Assembly: GCF_000315625.1 (NCBI RefSeq)
Contig: NW_005434584.1
Location: forward strand, 82,177-146,176
Reading direction: 5' to 3'
DNA length: 64,000 nt
DNA from: Guillardia theta CCMP2712
Taxonomy: Eukaryota; Protista; Cryptophyta
Positions 20,424 to 32,233 of this stretch are shown piece after piece (within the stretch, counting starts at the first letter, position 1; every line of letters starts with the position of its first letter). The translations under genes and the position numbers were made by a program. The notes beneath the pieces are model-generated. The model saw nothing but the letters and a program-made list of their open reading frames with translations. It was not told the origin of the DNA and ran no database searches.

Positions 20424-21452
20424 ATGGCTGCCATGGCTTCGGGAGATTCAGCAAACGCTTGCAAGAGACTGCAGAAGGAGCTCATGACCCTCATGATGAG
20501 TCAAGACGAAGGAATCTCAGCATTTCCTGACGTAGACAACATCTTGAACTGGAAGGCGACTATTCAAGGAACCGAAGGGACGCCATATGAGGGTATGTCT
20601 CTACCTCCCTCTCTTTGACATCACTTTGCCCTGTACCAACTCCTGCTCCTCCTCACTCTCTGCTCCTCCTCACTCTCTGCTCCTCCTCTGCTCCTCTGCT
20701 CCTTACTCCTTACTCCTTTTGACTCCTTACTCTTACTCCATGCTCAATCTTTTACGTCCTCCTCTCTTGACATTGTATCCTTTCGGTGACGAGGCTTGCA
20801 GGGCTTGCTTATGAGCTCTCTCTCGTCTTCCCGTCCAACTATCCTTGTGCTCCTCCGACCGTCAAGTTCATCACTCCTTGCTTCCATCCCAACGTCGATG
20901 TCTACGGCAGCATCTGCCTTGACATCCTCCAAGACAAGTGGTCGGCGGTGTATGACGTCAGGACGACGCTCCTTTCACTCCGCTCTCTTCTTGGAGGTAT
21001 TCTCCCCCTCCCTGCCCTTTAGATGACGTGCCATGCAGAGCCTAACAACGACAGCCCTCTCAACTCTCTTGCTGCATCCATGTGGAAGAAACAAGATGGT
21101 AATGCGCTTCTAGTTCGAATTCATCTTTGGGCCCTCCCTCCCTCCCTCCCTCCCTCNNNNNNNNNNNNNNNNNNNNNNNNNNNNNNNNNNNNNNNNNNNN
21201 NNNNNNNNNNNNNNNNNNNNNNNNNNNNNNNNNNNNNNNNNNNNNNNNNNNNNNNNTCCTCCCTCCCTCCCTCCTCCCTCCTCCCTCCCTCCCTCCCTCC
21301 CTCCCTCCCTCCCCTCCCTCCCTCCCTCCCTCCCTCCTTCTTTCCGCATGCTACCTCTGAACAAATCTAAACTCGCCGCAGAAAATTTTCGGAAGCAAGT
21401 TTTGAAGCAGCATGCAGAAGGCAACACTCAGAACGCAGATCCTAACCGATGA
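20424..21452 (+). CDS. UBE2C: Ubiquitin-conjugating enzyme E2 C (UbcH10/UBC11-like), 4 exons
   Basis: [12 protein letters not shown]...[23 protein letters not shown] | [59 protein letters not shown] | [13 protein letters not shown] | ENFRKQV...TGA 21450-21452. GT-AG introns; one contains an N gap. Confidence 0.93.
21157..21256. other. Assembly gap (100 N) inside a (CCCT)n intron
   Basis: Run of N. Confidence 1.
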
Positions 21453-22671
21453 TAATGAAATTCTTCCTCAACTCTCTTATGCTTTCAAGCCTTTTGTCCT
21501 TGAAGGAAGTGTAGGATCCGCCTCAGATGTCCTGAATGAGATGGAAATGCTTCATGCTGCACCTCCATCGCTGAGAGCAAGCAACCTCTAACCCATTTTA
21601 GCACCGGTATTCCCAAAGTCGCCCGCTGATGATTGTCTCTCTCAAACTTGAACATTTCAGCACTGAGCTGCGGCCATGCCTGCACGGTGCCTCCGAGGTG
21701 AGCTTGTCGCCATCGTTCGCAACTTTGGTAGCCTTCGCTACTGGTCCGATGGGACTGACAACACACGGACTCGGGACATTCTGACTCCAGTGCTGCCGTA
21801 GTAAATGACGTCACATTACTTAGAGCTGCCCCGGGGTGTGACAATGGAAAGGAAGAGAAAGAGGAAGCTTGTGCGCATGCTACCTCACAAGACCGGAGCT
21901 GCGGGGCAGCAAGTCCATCACTGCCATCCCTCTCTCCTCGACGTACTCCTCCTGCAAGCTCGTTGTCGACAGCGTGAATAGATGTTCGTCTCCCCGATGG
22001 AGTTGTTGTATGCAGATCCGTCTTGTTTACATCTCCGCTACTCGATAAATATCCCGGTAAGTCTTGCCTGACTAGTGTGATAGTTGTAAGTTGTAAGTTT
22101 TCGAAAAACAATAAGAGTCTGCATGTTGGTCACCTGGATCATTGAGATATGTGTAATGAACCATGTGATAGAGGTTCCAACAATGGTGCTGAAAGCGAGG
22201 TCCCTTGAGCAAGCTGCGATGTACGACCTCTGACCAAGATGGAGGGTGGTTAACATGTTCATGTTAAATCCTCGTTGAGACTTTGCTTTGTGAGGTGCAA
22301 GGCTAGATTTTCATAAGGATTTCTTTCATTGACGATTTTCACAACGAATTCTTTTATTGACAGCAACTTAAATGAACTTCAAAGAAAAGAATAGTTGTTT
22401 GAGCAAAGCAGGTTCCTGTATGACAAAGAACTTCTTGACATCGAGAGTATCATCTTGTTTGTTCGATCTTGGTTGGGATGTCAGGGCAAGAAGCAGTGAG
22501 CACAAGCAAACGATAAGAAGAATCCAACGCAGTCACTAGGCTAGAATGAAAATCAAGGAGAAGGGAAGGGTTACGGGCCGCGCAGAGCAACGAGACTGTT
22601 GAAACGATTGCAAGGAGGAAAGTTGGGGAGGATCTGAAACACTCGTGCTGCCTGTAGAAATCTTGACTTGC

Positions 22672-23616
22672 TCAGTTCCATCCAAATCGATCGAAGTATT
22701 CAACACAAGGCAGCTGATGTCGGGACTGAGTGTCTGAGATTGAACTAATGCTCATGTTCGGGTGCTTCATGAAATGCATTGGATCCGGGACGAAGGGGTA
22801 GTAGTATCGTTGAATCCCCTTCTTGTAGAGGTACCCTGAAAGCCAGACGTCGTCATGAAAGAAACAACCCGACGGGAGTCTCTTCAAGTACTCGAAGATG
22901 TCATCGCCGAAGTACCGGACCCGGTACGCAATTCCCGTGTACCCCATGAGCCAACCGTAGCAGGGAATGATCCTATCCTGCGAGTACCAGCCTGCTGTTG
23001 CGAGGATCCCATGAGGAAACCCGAGAGTCACCATACCATGAATGGGCATGAGAGCAGGCAGCTCCTGGCAGAGGCCACTCAGACACCCCTCGGAAGGCAT
23101 GTGGTAGGCAAGGGAGGCGACGACTTGCTGCGGGTACTCGCAATCATCGTCCAGGGTAATGATCATGGTCTCCGGGTCTTTCTCCACCTGCAGAGCTCCC
23201 AACAACTTGGTGGCAGGACCGAAGTCTCTGTTGAGGAAGTGCAGGTAGAAGAGTTGGTTCTTGTAATCGTGACTGCTGCCCGGCACCATCTCGAGAGAGC
23301 CGGTGGTGGGCGTCAATGCATGGACCAAGGCCTCGATGTCCTGGGATGTAATGTTGCCGAACCGAGTGTAGAGAGGGATGTTGACCATGATTCTGTCGGG
23401 TCTCAGCGACTGCTTCTTCATCGACGTCAGCGATCGTCGCAGGAAGTCAACTCGCCCCAGGAGCGAGCTCACGGACACAACCAGCCGAACTTTCTCGGAC
23501 TTGCTCGTCACTGATCGCACATGCGGGCGGTACAAGGGGATGATCAGGCACAGGTACAGGGGGAACAGCAGCGCCAGACCTGCCAGCCCCAGCACGCACG
23601 CCCGCCGCGACTGCAT
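22672..23616 (-). CDS. Type-II membrane GT-A fold glycosyltransferase (GT2-like), intronless
   Basis: Anchor VLGLAGLALLFPLYLCLIIPL; motifs VVSVSS..GR, SM.KQSLRPD.I.VNIP, DFGPATKLLGAL, IITLDDD..Y (DxD), DDVWLSGYL. Start taken at MQSRRAC. Confidence 0.8.
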   Translation of the reverse strand: MQSRRACVLGLAGLALLFPLYLCLIIPLYRPHVRSVTSKSEKVRLVVSVSSLLGRVDFLRRSLTSMKKQSLRPDRIMVNIPLYTRFGNITSQDIEALVHALTPTTGSLEMVPGSSHDYKNQLFYLHFLNRDFGPATKLLGALQVEKDPETMIITLDDDCEYPQQVVASLAYHMPSEGCLSGLCQELPALMPIHGMVTLGFPHGILATAGWYSQDRIIPCYGWLMGYTGIAYRVRYFGDDIFEYLKRLPSGCFFHDDVWLSGYLYKKGIQRYYYPFVPDPMHFMKHPNMSISSISDTQSRHQLPCVEYFDRFGWN

Positions 23617-23988
23617 GCCCTTGTCGATAGCTGTCTTTTCCGTTTCTTCACCGTTACATGTCTGTGGACCTACCGTCGGCGTACACAATTCAGTGACTGG
23701 CAAAACTGCCCCCGGGCCGGTCCAAGCGGCCGGTTGATGACCAATCGGGGGGCCGGGCCGTAGCACTGGCGGGCCCGGCCTGCTTCGGGCCCCGGGGCCC
23801 GGGCCCGGCTGCACGGCGCGGCCTCTGAGCACGACGGGGCTGAGGGGGGCTGCATCAAAGTTTACTCGGCTACTTCCAGTCATACCACGGAGTCACTGTG
23901 AGAATCTGTTTACTCGCTCAACAGCAGCAGTCAAAATTTATGATAGTATCCCAAGGCGAGCAAGAGGGTCTGTCGCTGGCCCGGTAGG

Positions 23989-25440
23989 CTAGTAAGGAGA
24001 CTCGCAGGAACTCTCAGCGTTGGCAGCTTCTGCTCGCCATGGTGAGGCTGAGCTAGAGCAAGCGAGAGTTTCCTCACCTAATAGGGGCTTGAAGTCCGCG
24101 ATGATGTTGCAGAAGGCGTCGCTGCGTCGCAAGGATGAGGAGGAGGAGGAGGAATAAGGAAGGGCGATCATCAAGTGCGAGGAACGAGCAGCAGGGGTCT
24201 GAACTCACCGTCTCTTCTCTTCAACTGCTCCTCTCACCTCCTCCACTGCTTCTTGCAAGTGCTGCCATGTCGAAGCCGCATTGCTGAGGAGAAGAATAAG
24301 TCCGAGCAGAAGGGAGCAAGAGCGCAGGAGGGAGGAAGGGAGAGGAGGGAGCAAGGAAGGGCGGGGAAGGGAGGAAGAAAAGGAGCAAGAGGGATGGAGG
24401 GATCAGGGAGAAGGGAGGAAGGATGAGGGAGGAAGGAAGGGGGATGAGGGAGGGAGGGAGGGATCAGGAGGAAGGAAGGGAGGAAGGAGTGGAGGGAGGG
24501 AAGGGGATCAGGACAAAGGGAGAGAAAGAGGGAGGATGAGAAAGGGAGGGAAGGTCCACCGGAAAATGGACGAAAAGAGGGAGGATGAGGGGAGGGAGGG
24601 GAGGAGGATGAGGGAGAGAGGGAGGAAGAGGGAGGGGGGGACGAAGAGGGAGGGGGGGAGGATAAGGGAGAGCTCACGGGTTCTCAGTCTGGATGTCCCA
24701 GTAGGTATCGGGCTCGTTGATGCTCGCCATCCTCTGAATCACCGCGATCATGGCGCGATGAGGAGGCGTCGAGATCTTCTTCGCCAGCCCCGCGTCGTAG
24801 CCCATCTGACTCGAGTCGTCACCTCCGGCTCCAACCCGGTCAACCCTCTCCTCCTCCTCCTCCTCCTCCTCCTCCCTTTCTCCTGCCTCTCGACCCATCC
24901 GCAACCAATCGCACTTGTTCTCATCCCTCGCTCCTTCCTATTCCCTCCTGTTTCTCCTTCCTCTTTCCACCTTCTTCAGGGTAAGTCCAAAGGTTATCAG
25001 GGCAGCATGAGTTGCATTTTGAACCTGCAGCAAAGTCAAAGAATTGGGATGTATGAGGGGGATAGGGAGAAAGAAGAGGAGGGGCAGGATGACAATTTTG
25101 ATGTGAGGAGGAGGAGGAGGCAGGAGGAGGAGGATAGGAGGAGGAGGATAGGAGGAGGAGGATAGGAGGAGGATAGGAGGAGGAGGATGGGAGGAGGAGG
25201 AGGAGGAGGAGGAGGTGGTGGTGGTGGAGGAGGAGGAGGAGGAAGAGGAGGTGGTGGAAGTGAAGAGGAGGAGGACCAGGTGGAGGAGGAAGAGGAAAGG
25301 AGGAGGAGGAGGAGGGGAGGAGGAGGAGATGAGAGTAGCAAACCGCGGATGTCACACGATCATGCAGCTCTCCACTTTCCATCGGCACGATAGTCGATCC
25401 CCTGCGGCAAGGTGAGTACAGGTAGGAGTTTCCTTCCGCC

Positions 25441-25484
<44 letters not shown>

Positions 25485-25521
25485 CACGCATGCACTGACT
25501 CACAACCTCCATCACTCCAGC

Positions 25522-25555
<34 letters not shown>

Positions 25556-27128
25556 TCACCACCACCACCAACACACTCATCATCACCCCTTCCTCCATCT
25601 ACCATGATTCGATCAGTGCCTCGAACGCCTTGCTCCTTCCTGCCGTGCGGATGTGAATCGAGACTGTGTTCTGCCCTTGCCATCCTGCACCAGCAGTCAA
25701 CCCCACGTCTTCTTGCTCGCTCCCAGCTGCTTCTTACCTGCAGCAGGAGCGAACATCGGGTGAACACTGAGCAGCTCAATGTGCGGGTACTTGTCTTTCA
25801 GCTCCGAGTACCTGCCAGGATCGTCAAGAGATTCTGACGCGCCCGCCTCACTCACGCGCTGCAGATGCCAGACTTGACGGAGAGAACGTCTGTGAAGAGA
25901 GCGCCGGACGCCATGTGAGGAGCAAGAGCCTGCGTTACGATCAGCTCGCACCTCACCATCTGATATAGCCTTTCCTTTCACCTCCTCCCTAATCAATCCT
26001 CCTCACCCTTCGATAATGTCATATCCTTCCTACTTCTGCCTCTTGCTGTTGTCTCACTCTCTCTCTTCTCACGTACTGCGGACATCTCAGTCTCTCTATC
26101 ATTTGTCTGTCCGTCATGCTTCCCTCTTCTCCCTCCAGCTCTTGGCTTCTGCTCCTGTCTCACCTCTAGCGCCCTCACGCAGGGCCCAGGAGGAAGGCAG
26201 CTGATGATGACAGAAGCAGACCTCACCCTCTCGATCACCTTGCACCTGCCTCAGCTGGCGCATAGGTGGACAATAGATCTCACCGCATCCTTGGGGTCGC
26301 AGGGATCAGCTGACAGGTAGTCGTTGAAGCAAGCATCGGACCTGAGGAAGAGTGTAAGGAGAGCAGAGAGAAGTGAAGGGAGAGAAGTAGTTGGAGGAGA
26401 GGGACGACGAGGATGAAGAAAGGCCGAGTGAGGAGGGGGATAGCAGCTTCAACAAAGGAGAAGGGAGAACAAGGTTAGAAGGAAGAGAGAGGATTTGAAG
26501 GAGAGGGTCTGATGGAGGGAGGGAACCTGGGGGAGCCCTTCCTCGAGATTCCTCTCACTTTGATTCCTGACTTGCTCAATACCTGAGATGAGCAATAAGA
26601 GTTCGTGCCAGGAGGGATGCAACAGGATAGAGGAAGAGTGAGAGCAGATCGACTATGAAGTTGGACACATAATGTTCAAACTCCATCACCATCTCCTTCA
26701 TCAACACTGCCTTCTGTTCAATGTCTTCTTGCTCACCTGAGAGAAGAGTGTTCCAAACCCTCCACTTGCTCCTAACACAATCACCTGAAACATTCGATCA
26801 GTCATTGTGCTGTAAACTCCCGTTTTGTTCTCCCCTCTCGCCCCCTTTGCTTGTCCTTGGGCTTCTCATCGGTTCAATCCTCCATCACGACCAATCTCAT
26901 TTTGTCTATCCCTCCAACTCCCTTGTCTCTCCTCCTCCTCCCTCTCCATCGCCCCCCCTAACTCCTCCCTCCCTCCTCCCTCCTCCTTCCCTCCCTCTCC
27001 ATCCCTCTCCCGTCTCCTTCCGTCTCCTCCCTCTTCCTCTCCCTCCCTCCCATTCCTCCGTCTCCTCCGTCTCCTCCACCCTGCCTCTCTCTCTCCCTCT
27101 CCTCCCTTACTTCCTCAATCGTCGCCAT
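23989..27128 (-). CDS. tyrA: Prephenate/arogenate dehydrogenase (TyrA family), many small exons
   Basis: Exons reconstructed by eye: MATIEE | VIVLGASGGFGTLFSQ (Rossmann GxxGxxG, ~26736-26783) | ...IELLSVHPMFAP (TyrA HPMFGP motif, ~25740-25780) | ...ELHDRVTSAV | ...TPPHRAMIAVIQRMAS...YWDIQTENP. 3' boundary approximate. Confidence 0.75.
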
Positions 27129-27306
27129 GTCGTGATATAAAGGGGTTCGTCACACGGACCCGAATTTAGTTTTCTCTCTCTGATATTTTGGATATATCTT
27201 ACTATGACTCCCATAATATCAAAATTCAAAAAATGATCCGGGCCCCGGGCGCAGTTTCTCAGTGACCAGCAGTGAAACCGAGATTGTAACGGTCAGTCCT
27301 CCAATC

Positions 27307-27321
27307 TTTACTCAAAGTTAA
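27307..27321 (-). promoter_or_regulatory. Recurrent upstream 15-mer (TTAACTTTGAGTAAA in gene sense), copy 1
   Basis: Exact copies at 27307, 38362 and 50017; ~180 bp upstream of the tyrA-like ATG. Confidence 0.5.
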
Positions 27322-27390
27322 TCCAATCAATGGCAACTTGTCTGAATGAAGACAGGCAGCAGCAAGACCGTCTAGAGTTGTGCATGAGGG

Positions 27391-27558
27391 GCATTTGTGT
27401 TGAGCTTGTTTTAAATGACTGCCTTATCGTCTATTAGAAGCATTTGTGTTGAGCTTGTTTTAAATGGCTGCCTTATCGTCTGTTAGAAGCATATGTGTTG
27501 AGCTTGTTTTAAATGACTGCCTTATCGTCTATTAGAAGCATTTGTGTTGAGCTTGTTT
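27391..27558. repeat. 49-bp tandem repeat, ~3.4 copies
   Basis: Unit GCATTTGTGTTGAGCTTGTTTTAAATGACTGCCTTATCGTCTATTAGAA. Confidence 0.95.
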
Positions 27559-28070
27559 GTTGAGCTTGCTGTCTACTAAACCATGCTTCGCTTGGTGATT
27601 TGAAAAGCTTTTGTTGACCTGCAATTCAGCTCGCCAGTGAGATCGAAGGCTTCGACCCTCAGCAAGCGTGCCTCTATCAGAGTGGTGGGCTTGTTGCATC
27701 GAGTACACGACTTGTGCTAAGACCAGCAGTAGCCTACAGCTCAGCTATTACACACCCACCAAGGAAGATGTATTGAAACAACCGTGACAACAAAGTCACT
27801 CTACTCTAAACCGACGTGAGCTAGTCAGTTCCAACCCCTCCTGTTAAACTACTCTAGTGCCCTCGTCTATTCTCATGCTTCCTCTATCCTGTGCTCTCCC
27901 CTCCTGCCAGCTTCCTCCGTGCCTGCGACGACTCATGGTGTCGACCTCCTCCCATGCTTGTAGTCAGCTTGCCTGCTAGACTTTGCCTGCTTCAAAGCTA
28001 CTGGGTCATCCCCAGACGACACCACAGGCCTGTCTGAGCGACAGACAGACAGACAGACAGAGGCTAGATG

Positions 28071-29240
28071 TCATGAGTCGATGAGCTCCTGTAGATCAGC
28101 GACCGCGTTGGTCTCGTTGAAGACTTGCGCGTAAACGTCATCGATGTCCACGTACAGACGTCTTCTCGAGGCATCCAGCGACCCTGACGGATCGAAGAGC
28201 AGGTTGTCCCAGTTGAACTCGAACCATCGACCGGTGTGGTGAGGGAGGAGGTGAGTCGACAGAAGCGCGGACAAGCTCTCCTTGTACAACTGCTTCGGCT
28301 GTCTTCTTATGTGCTTCCTCTGCGCTATGAACATCGCACAGCATGACGCAAACGGGATCGACCTCCAACTCTTTGCTCGCCCCAGTCTTGCATGTAAGGA
28401 TCCGAAGAGCCTCTCGGACTGCTGGAATACCTGATGAGGCTCTTCCCATACAAGCCACCGACCCCTCCGAGACTTCCATCGCTCCGGTAGTGAGATCACA
28501 GCTTGATAGATCCTGTCGAGCGAGTCTTGACCGGTCATGTTATGAAGAGATCTGTTCGTCTCTCGCTCGTAGTCGTTGAGATTGTATCCCCCCCAGCACA
28601 GCGGCTCTCTATGCTCGTGGCAGTAGCAGCTGTTCAAAGTCACGGCGTTGTCTGTGAAGCCAGCAAGCGTCGAGTAGGAAGGGAACGTCTGGAGCTCGGG
28701 ATGCACAAGCGCGCCGCTCTTTCCATCTCTTAGACGCGCTGCCATGAGGAGGTAGAAGGCCCGAGCTCTCTTGAACATTGGCCTCAGCTGACTGTGCCAG
28801 CTGCCGAACACGTGATCGTGTATGAAGACCGTCATGCAAGGAAGCTCGTCGTAGTACTCCACCATGTACACAAGGTACACGGCGTCTGCTCGCCGGTAGA
28901 GAAGCACGAGGCTGTTGGTCAAGCCCATCAGAGCAACGTCCTCTACCACCCTCATCGTAGGCGACGCGTCTCGCATGGCCACCACCACATGCACCTCTCC
29001 TTGCGGCAGCGCCTGACCAAGACATCGCGAGCAACAGTCTCACTCGCTTTGCTGATGCCCCGCCATGCGCACAAGATCCTGGTTCTGGTTCCGATGATCT
29101 CACAGAGGAAGTTGTCAACCTCTCCTCTCCTAGAGCCAGATCTCGATCCCGAGCTCCCGAGGAACTTCGTACATCGATCTGGCCGCCAATTGCCGTGTCT
29201 TAGTACACAAGTTCGGAATTGAGAACTGCCTCTTCTCTTT
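28071..29240 (-). pseudogene. DUF3431-like paralog, probably defective
   Basis: Homologous to the 743-2242 gene, but an in-frame deletion of ~36 aa removes the PNRGNEA motif (LYRRADAVYL). A frame change lies near 29030 and no N-terminal anchor is visible. Confidence 0.65.
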
Positions 29241-29335
29241 TCCTAATATTATTCTGAGGCGGATTTATTTTTCTACATGGCTTTCCCTGAGTGACTTGTT
29301 GGGCGGTAGAAACCTACTTGTTGGTAGAGAGCTCG

Positions 29336-32233
29336 ATGAGGAGGAGGAGAGTGCGAGGAGCTCGGCGATGCTTGGGGATCATGCTAGTCCTCTCCTTCCT
29401 CCTCTCCTTCCTCCTCTCCTTCCTGTATCTTCCTCGATTCACTTTCTCCCAGCACTGCAAACAGCAACACGCCATGCCCGGGTCGCAGACCTGTCGCATG
29501 GAGGGGAGGGTGTACACGTGCATCACAGTGGAAGGATTCGTCGTTGACACCCCGGAAACTCCATCTCCGCACTTGATGTGCAAGGGAGGGAAACATAGTT
29601 GGGGGACGTGCTCAGAGGGGAAGTTTCTTTGCCTCGAGACCGTCCGACCCATCATGAATGGCTGCAGGGTACTCAAGACTAGAGAAAGACTCGGAGACGA
29701 CGAGCAGCGGTTTTGGAAGAACAACTCATGTGAAGTTCTCGCAGCTGGTCAGCTTGGACCAGAGGCCATCCAGAGCTTCTCCAGGATCGCGACATCTCCT
29801 AGCACATGTCGGGATCCGCCATTGAGCCGAGGCATCACAACAGTTTCCGTGGGTAGTGACCCGAAGCACTGGTTTGATTCTTTCATGTTGTGCGCTGCTC
29901 ATGCCACGAGGATGGTGAATGGCCATGAGGCAATGCACGTCAGAGTGAGATCGTTTAGATTCTCGGATAAGCCAAGAAGCCTGTTACAACTCATCGAAAC
30001 TTTTCCTGCACAGCACATCGTATGGTTTCAGGACGCTTTCGATGTGTTCGTGACCAACGGGGTAGAGCCATCCGACATTGAATCCGCAAAGGCTTTCGAC
30101 GTCAACGCGAATGAAATTCTCTTCAATGGCGAATGCAATTGCTTTCCAAGGATAGCTCCTTTATGTCAGCTGCAAGCGAGTTTGTTCGGAAGGGCTGGAC
30201 CGCATAAGTATCTCAACTCTGGTCAATTCATAGGAAGAGCGAAGACCTTGAGATTGTTTCTAACAGGTCTGATGGCGATGATTGATGAGAATGGTGGAGA
30301 TTGGCCGACAACAGATCAAGGTGCATTCATGGAGTACTGCTTCGGAAATGGCACATTCTCAGCAGAAAACATGGGAGTACGATGTAAAGTAGACAGTGCA
30401 GCAGAAATCATGCGAACCATGATCAATTGCGAGGGACAAGATCCAATTAGATCTCTTCACGTACCCACGGATCTCGCTGAGTGTGAAGGAACTAAGAAGG
30501 GGAAAACATCATGTCTCACCGACTCGTACACAAAACAGCAGGCGATCAGTTTTCATTTCAATGGAAAATCTTTGAATTCGAAGCTAGAATTCAGCCGGAT
30601 TAAGCCTATCATTGGGTTTGCATTGAATATCAGTGACAGGGATCGGGTCAGACGGTGTGTCTTGCATTCTAGATCATCTCAACCTGTTGAGAACATGATC
30701 TTTACGTCCTCTACCATCTCTCAGCTTTGTCCGAGATTCCTTGATGTCCTGCTGGGAAGATTAGTCGAAGAAGAAATGGGCCTTGTCTTTGCTGACACTA
30801 GAGATGACAAGTCCTACTGCCGCATTGCAGCATCATTGTACTCCTGCAAAGACGATAACGCTCAGACTCTCGTCACAGGCGTGCAGAACAACGTCAATGA
30901 CGACTGTCTGGCAATCCCAATAGTCTGTAACGGGTCCGCAGTAGTTTGTAAGGAGCCTAAAGCTCCCTCTGGAGTTCCTTATGTTGGAGGTGAAGCAGCA
31001 GGCAACAACTTCTGCAAGATTCAAGGTCTTCACTATCACTGTGTGAACTCAAAACATAAGCGCTGTCATGGTTATCCAGCCAGCAAACTAGTCTGCGGTG
31101 AAGACAGACATCTTTGTGAGCATCCATGCAATTTACCACCTCAGGCCCTCTTGCAATCCTATCTGGACTTTATCAGAGTCAACGAGTGCAAACCGGAACA
31201 TTACGTGAATGTTGCAAAGAGTTTTCTCACTTCTGAGTTCCAGGGGAGGCCCATAACTCATCACATGCTCTCTTCATATGTAAATTTCTCGAAGAATCTT
31301 TACACCATCAGAATAACCATCGTAAGCAATGTCTTGTATGTGCGAAACTATGATGCCGTAACAGACAGAGGTCGAGCTCAGGAAGTTCTCAAGTATCTTG
31401 ACAATTTGCTGCAGCGCGTTAGTCTGCCCGATGTTGATTTCGTCATGCATGTTGGAGATGGAGTGCCTGAACATGCTTGGCCACTGAAAACGCCAACGGA
31501 GAGCTTCAATGTCCCTGTCTTCGTACAGGACATGTGGCCATCGGCTAACGCTGTCCTTGCTCCTTCTCGGTCGTCCATGTCTCATGAATTCAGAACGTCC
31601 CTTTTCACAAGCTTTGAGGTCCCCTGGTCCAAAAAGCTCAACAAGGCCGTTTGGCGGGGATCCACTACTGGCGCTTTGTATACGAAGAAGAATTGGAGAG
31701 AACAGGTCAGGTCCAAGGTAGTGATGCTCAGCAGAAAGCGACCCGAACTCTTGGATGCCGGGTTCACAAACCTACGAGCACAGATCGACAGGGAAGAAAC
31801 GTTCAAGGAAATGAAGGCAGCAGGGATGACAGGGCACTGGCTGCCACATGCCGATCAATTCAACTACCAAATCATAGTGGTTGTTGATGGAAATGTCGTG
31901 CCAGATCGACTGCCGACACAAATGAATGGGAACAGCGCGATCGTGAAGCAGCTCACTGAACGGATAGAGCACTGGTATTCTTCTCTACGGCATGGAGAGA
32001 ATATCATTCTCGTTAAGTCGGACATTTCTGACCTCGAAGAAACGCTGGAACGAGAGCTTAAGAATGCTTCAAGGTTGGCAAGAATCGCCAAGAACGGAAA
32101 ACTGCTTGTTCAGAAAGTTTTGAGTCAAAGAGCAGTTGATTGTTACTGGGCAGAGTTGTTGGAAGTCTATTCCAGCTTTCTCGAGAGACCTGTTGCTCCT
32201 CCTGAAGACAAAAATGCGTTCTGTAATCTTTGA
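29336..32233 (+). CDS. Two-domain Golgi-type glycosyltransferase: PLOD/LH3 GT-like domain + GT90 (CAP10/KDELC-like) domain, with Cys-rich modules
   Basis: Basic N-terminus plus TM LGIMLVLSFLLSFLLSFLYL. PLOD-GT-like motifs WFQDAFDVFV, ILFNGECNCFP, YLNSGQFIG, DQ, HFNG. GT90 motifs LPDVDFV..VGD, PWSKK..KAVWRGSTTG, LLDAGFT, YQIIVVVDGN, EHWY..L, RIAKNG. Intronless. Confidence 0.85.
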   Translation: MRRRRVRGARRCLGIMLVLSFLLSFLLSFLYLPRFTFSQHCKQQHAMPGSQTCRMEGRVYTCITVEGFVVDTPETPSPHLMCKGGKHSWGTCSEGKFLCLETVRPIMNGCRVLKTRERLGDDEQRFWKNNSCEVLAAGQLGPEAIQSFSRIATSPSTCRDPPLSRGITTVSVGSDPKHWFDSFMLCAAHATRMVNGHEAMHVRVRSFRFSDKPRSLLQLIETFPAQHIVWFQDAFDVFVTNGVEPSDIESAKAFDVNANEILFNGECNCFPRIAPLCQLQASLFGRAGPHKYLNSGQFIGRAKTLRLFLTGLMAMIDENGGDWPTTDQGAFMEYCFGNGTFSAENMGVRCKVDSAAEIMRTMINCEGQDPIRSLHVPTDLAECEGTKKGKTSCLTDSYTKQQAISFHFNGKSLNSKLEFSRIKPIIGFALNISDRDRVRRCVLHSRSSQPVENMIFTSSTISQLCPRFLDVLLGRLVEEEMGLVFADTRDDKSYCRIAASLYSCKDDNAQTLVTGVQNNVNDDCLAIPIVCNGSAVVCKEPKAPSGVPYVGGEAAGNNFCKIQGLHYHCVNSKHKRCHGYPASKLVCGEDRHLCEHPCNLPPQALLQSYLDFIRVNECKPEHYVNVAKSFLTSEFQGRPITHHMLSSYVNFSKNLYTIRITIVSNVLYVRNYDAVTDRGRAQEVLKYLDNLLQRVSLPDVDFVMHVGDGVPEHAWPLKTPTESFNVPVFVQDMWPSANAVLAPSRSSMSHEFRTSLFTSFEVPWSKKLNKAVWRGSTTGALYTKKNWREQVRSKVVMLSRKRPELLDAGFTNLRAQIDREETFKEMKAAGMTGHWLPHADQFNYQIIVVVDGNVVPDRLPTQMNGNSAIVKQLTERIEHWYSSLRHGENIILVKSDISDLEETLERELKNASRLARIAKNGKLLVQKVLSQRAVDCYWAELLEVYSSFLERPVAPPEDKNAFCNL

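Noticed and set aside
21485-22600. 208-aa and 74-aa minus-strand ORFs
   Set aside because: No recognisable motif; the longer one has no ATG start.
24175-25415. G/R/E- or P/S-rich ORFs
   Set aside because: Low-complexity intron sequence of the tyrA-like gene.
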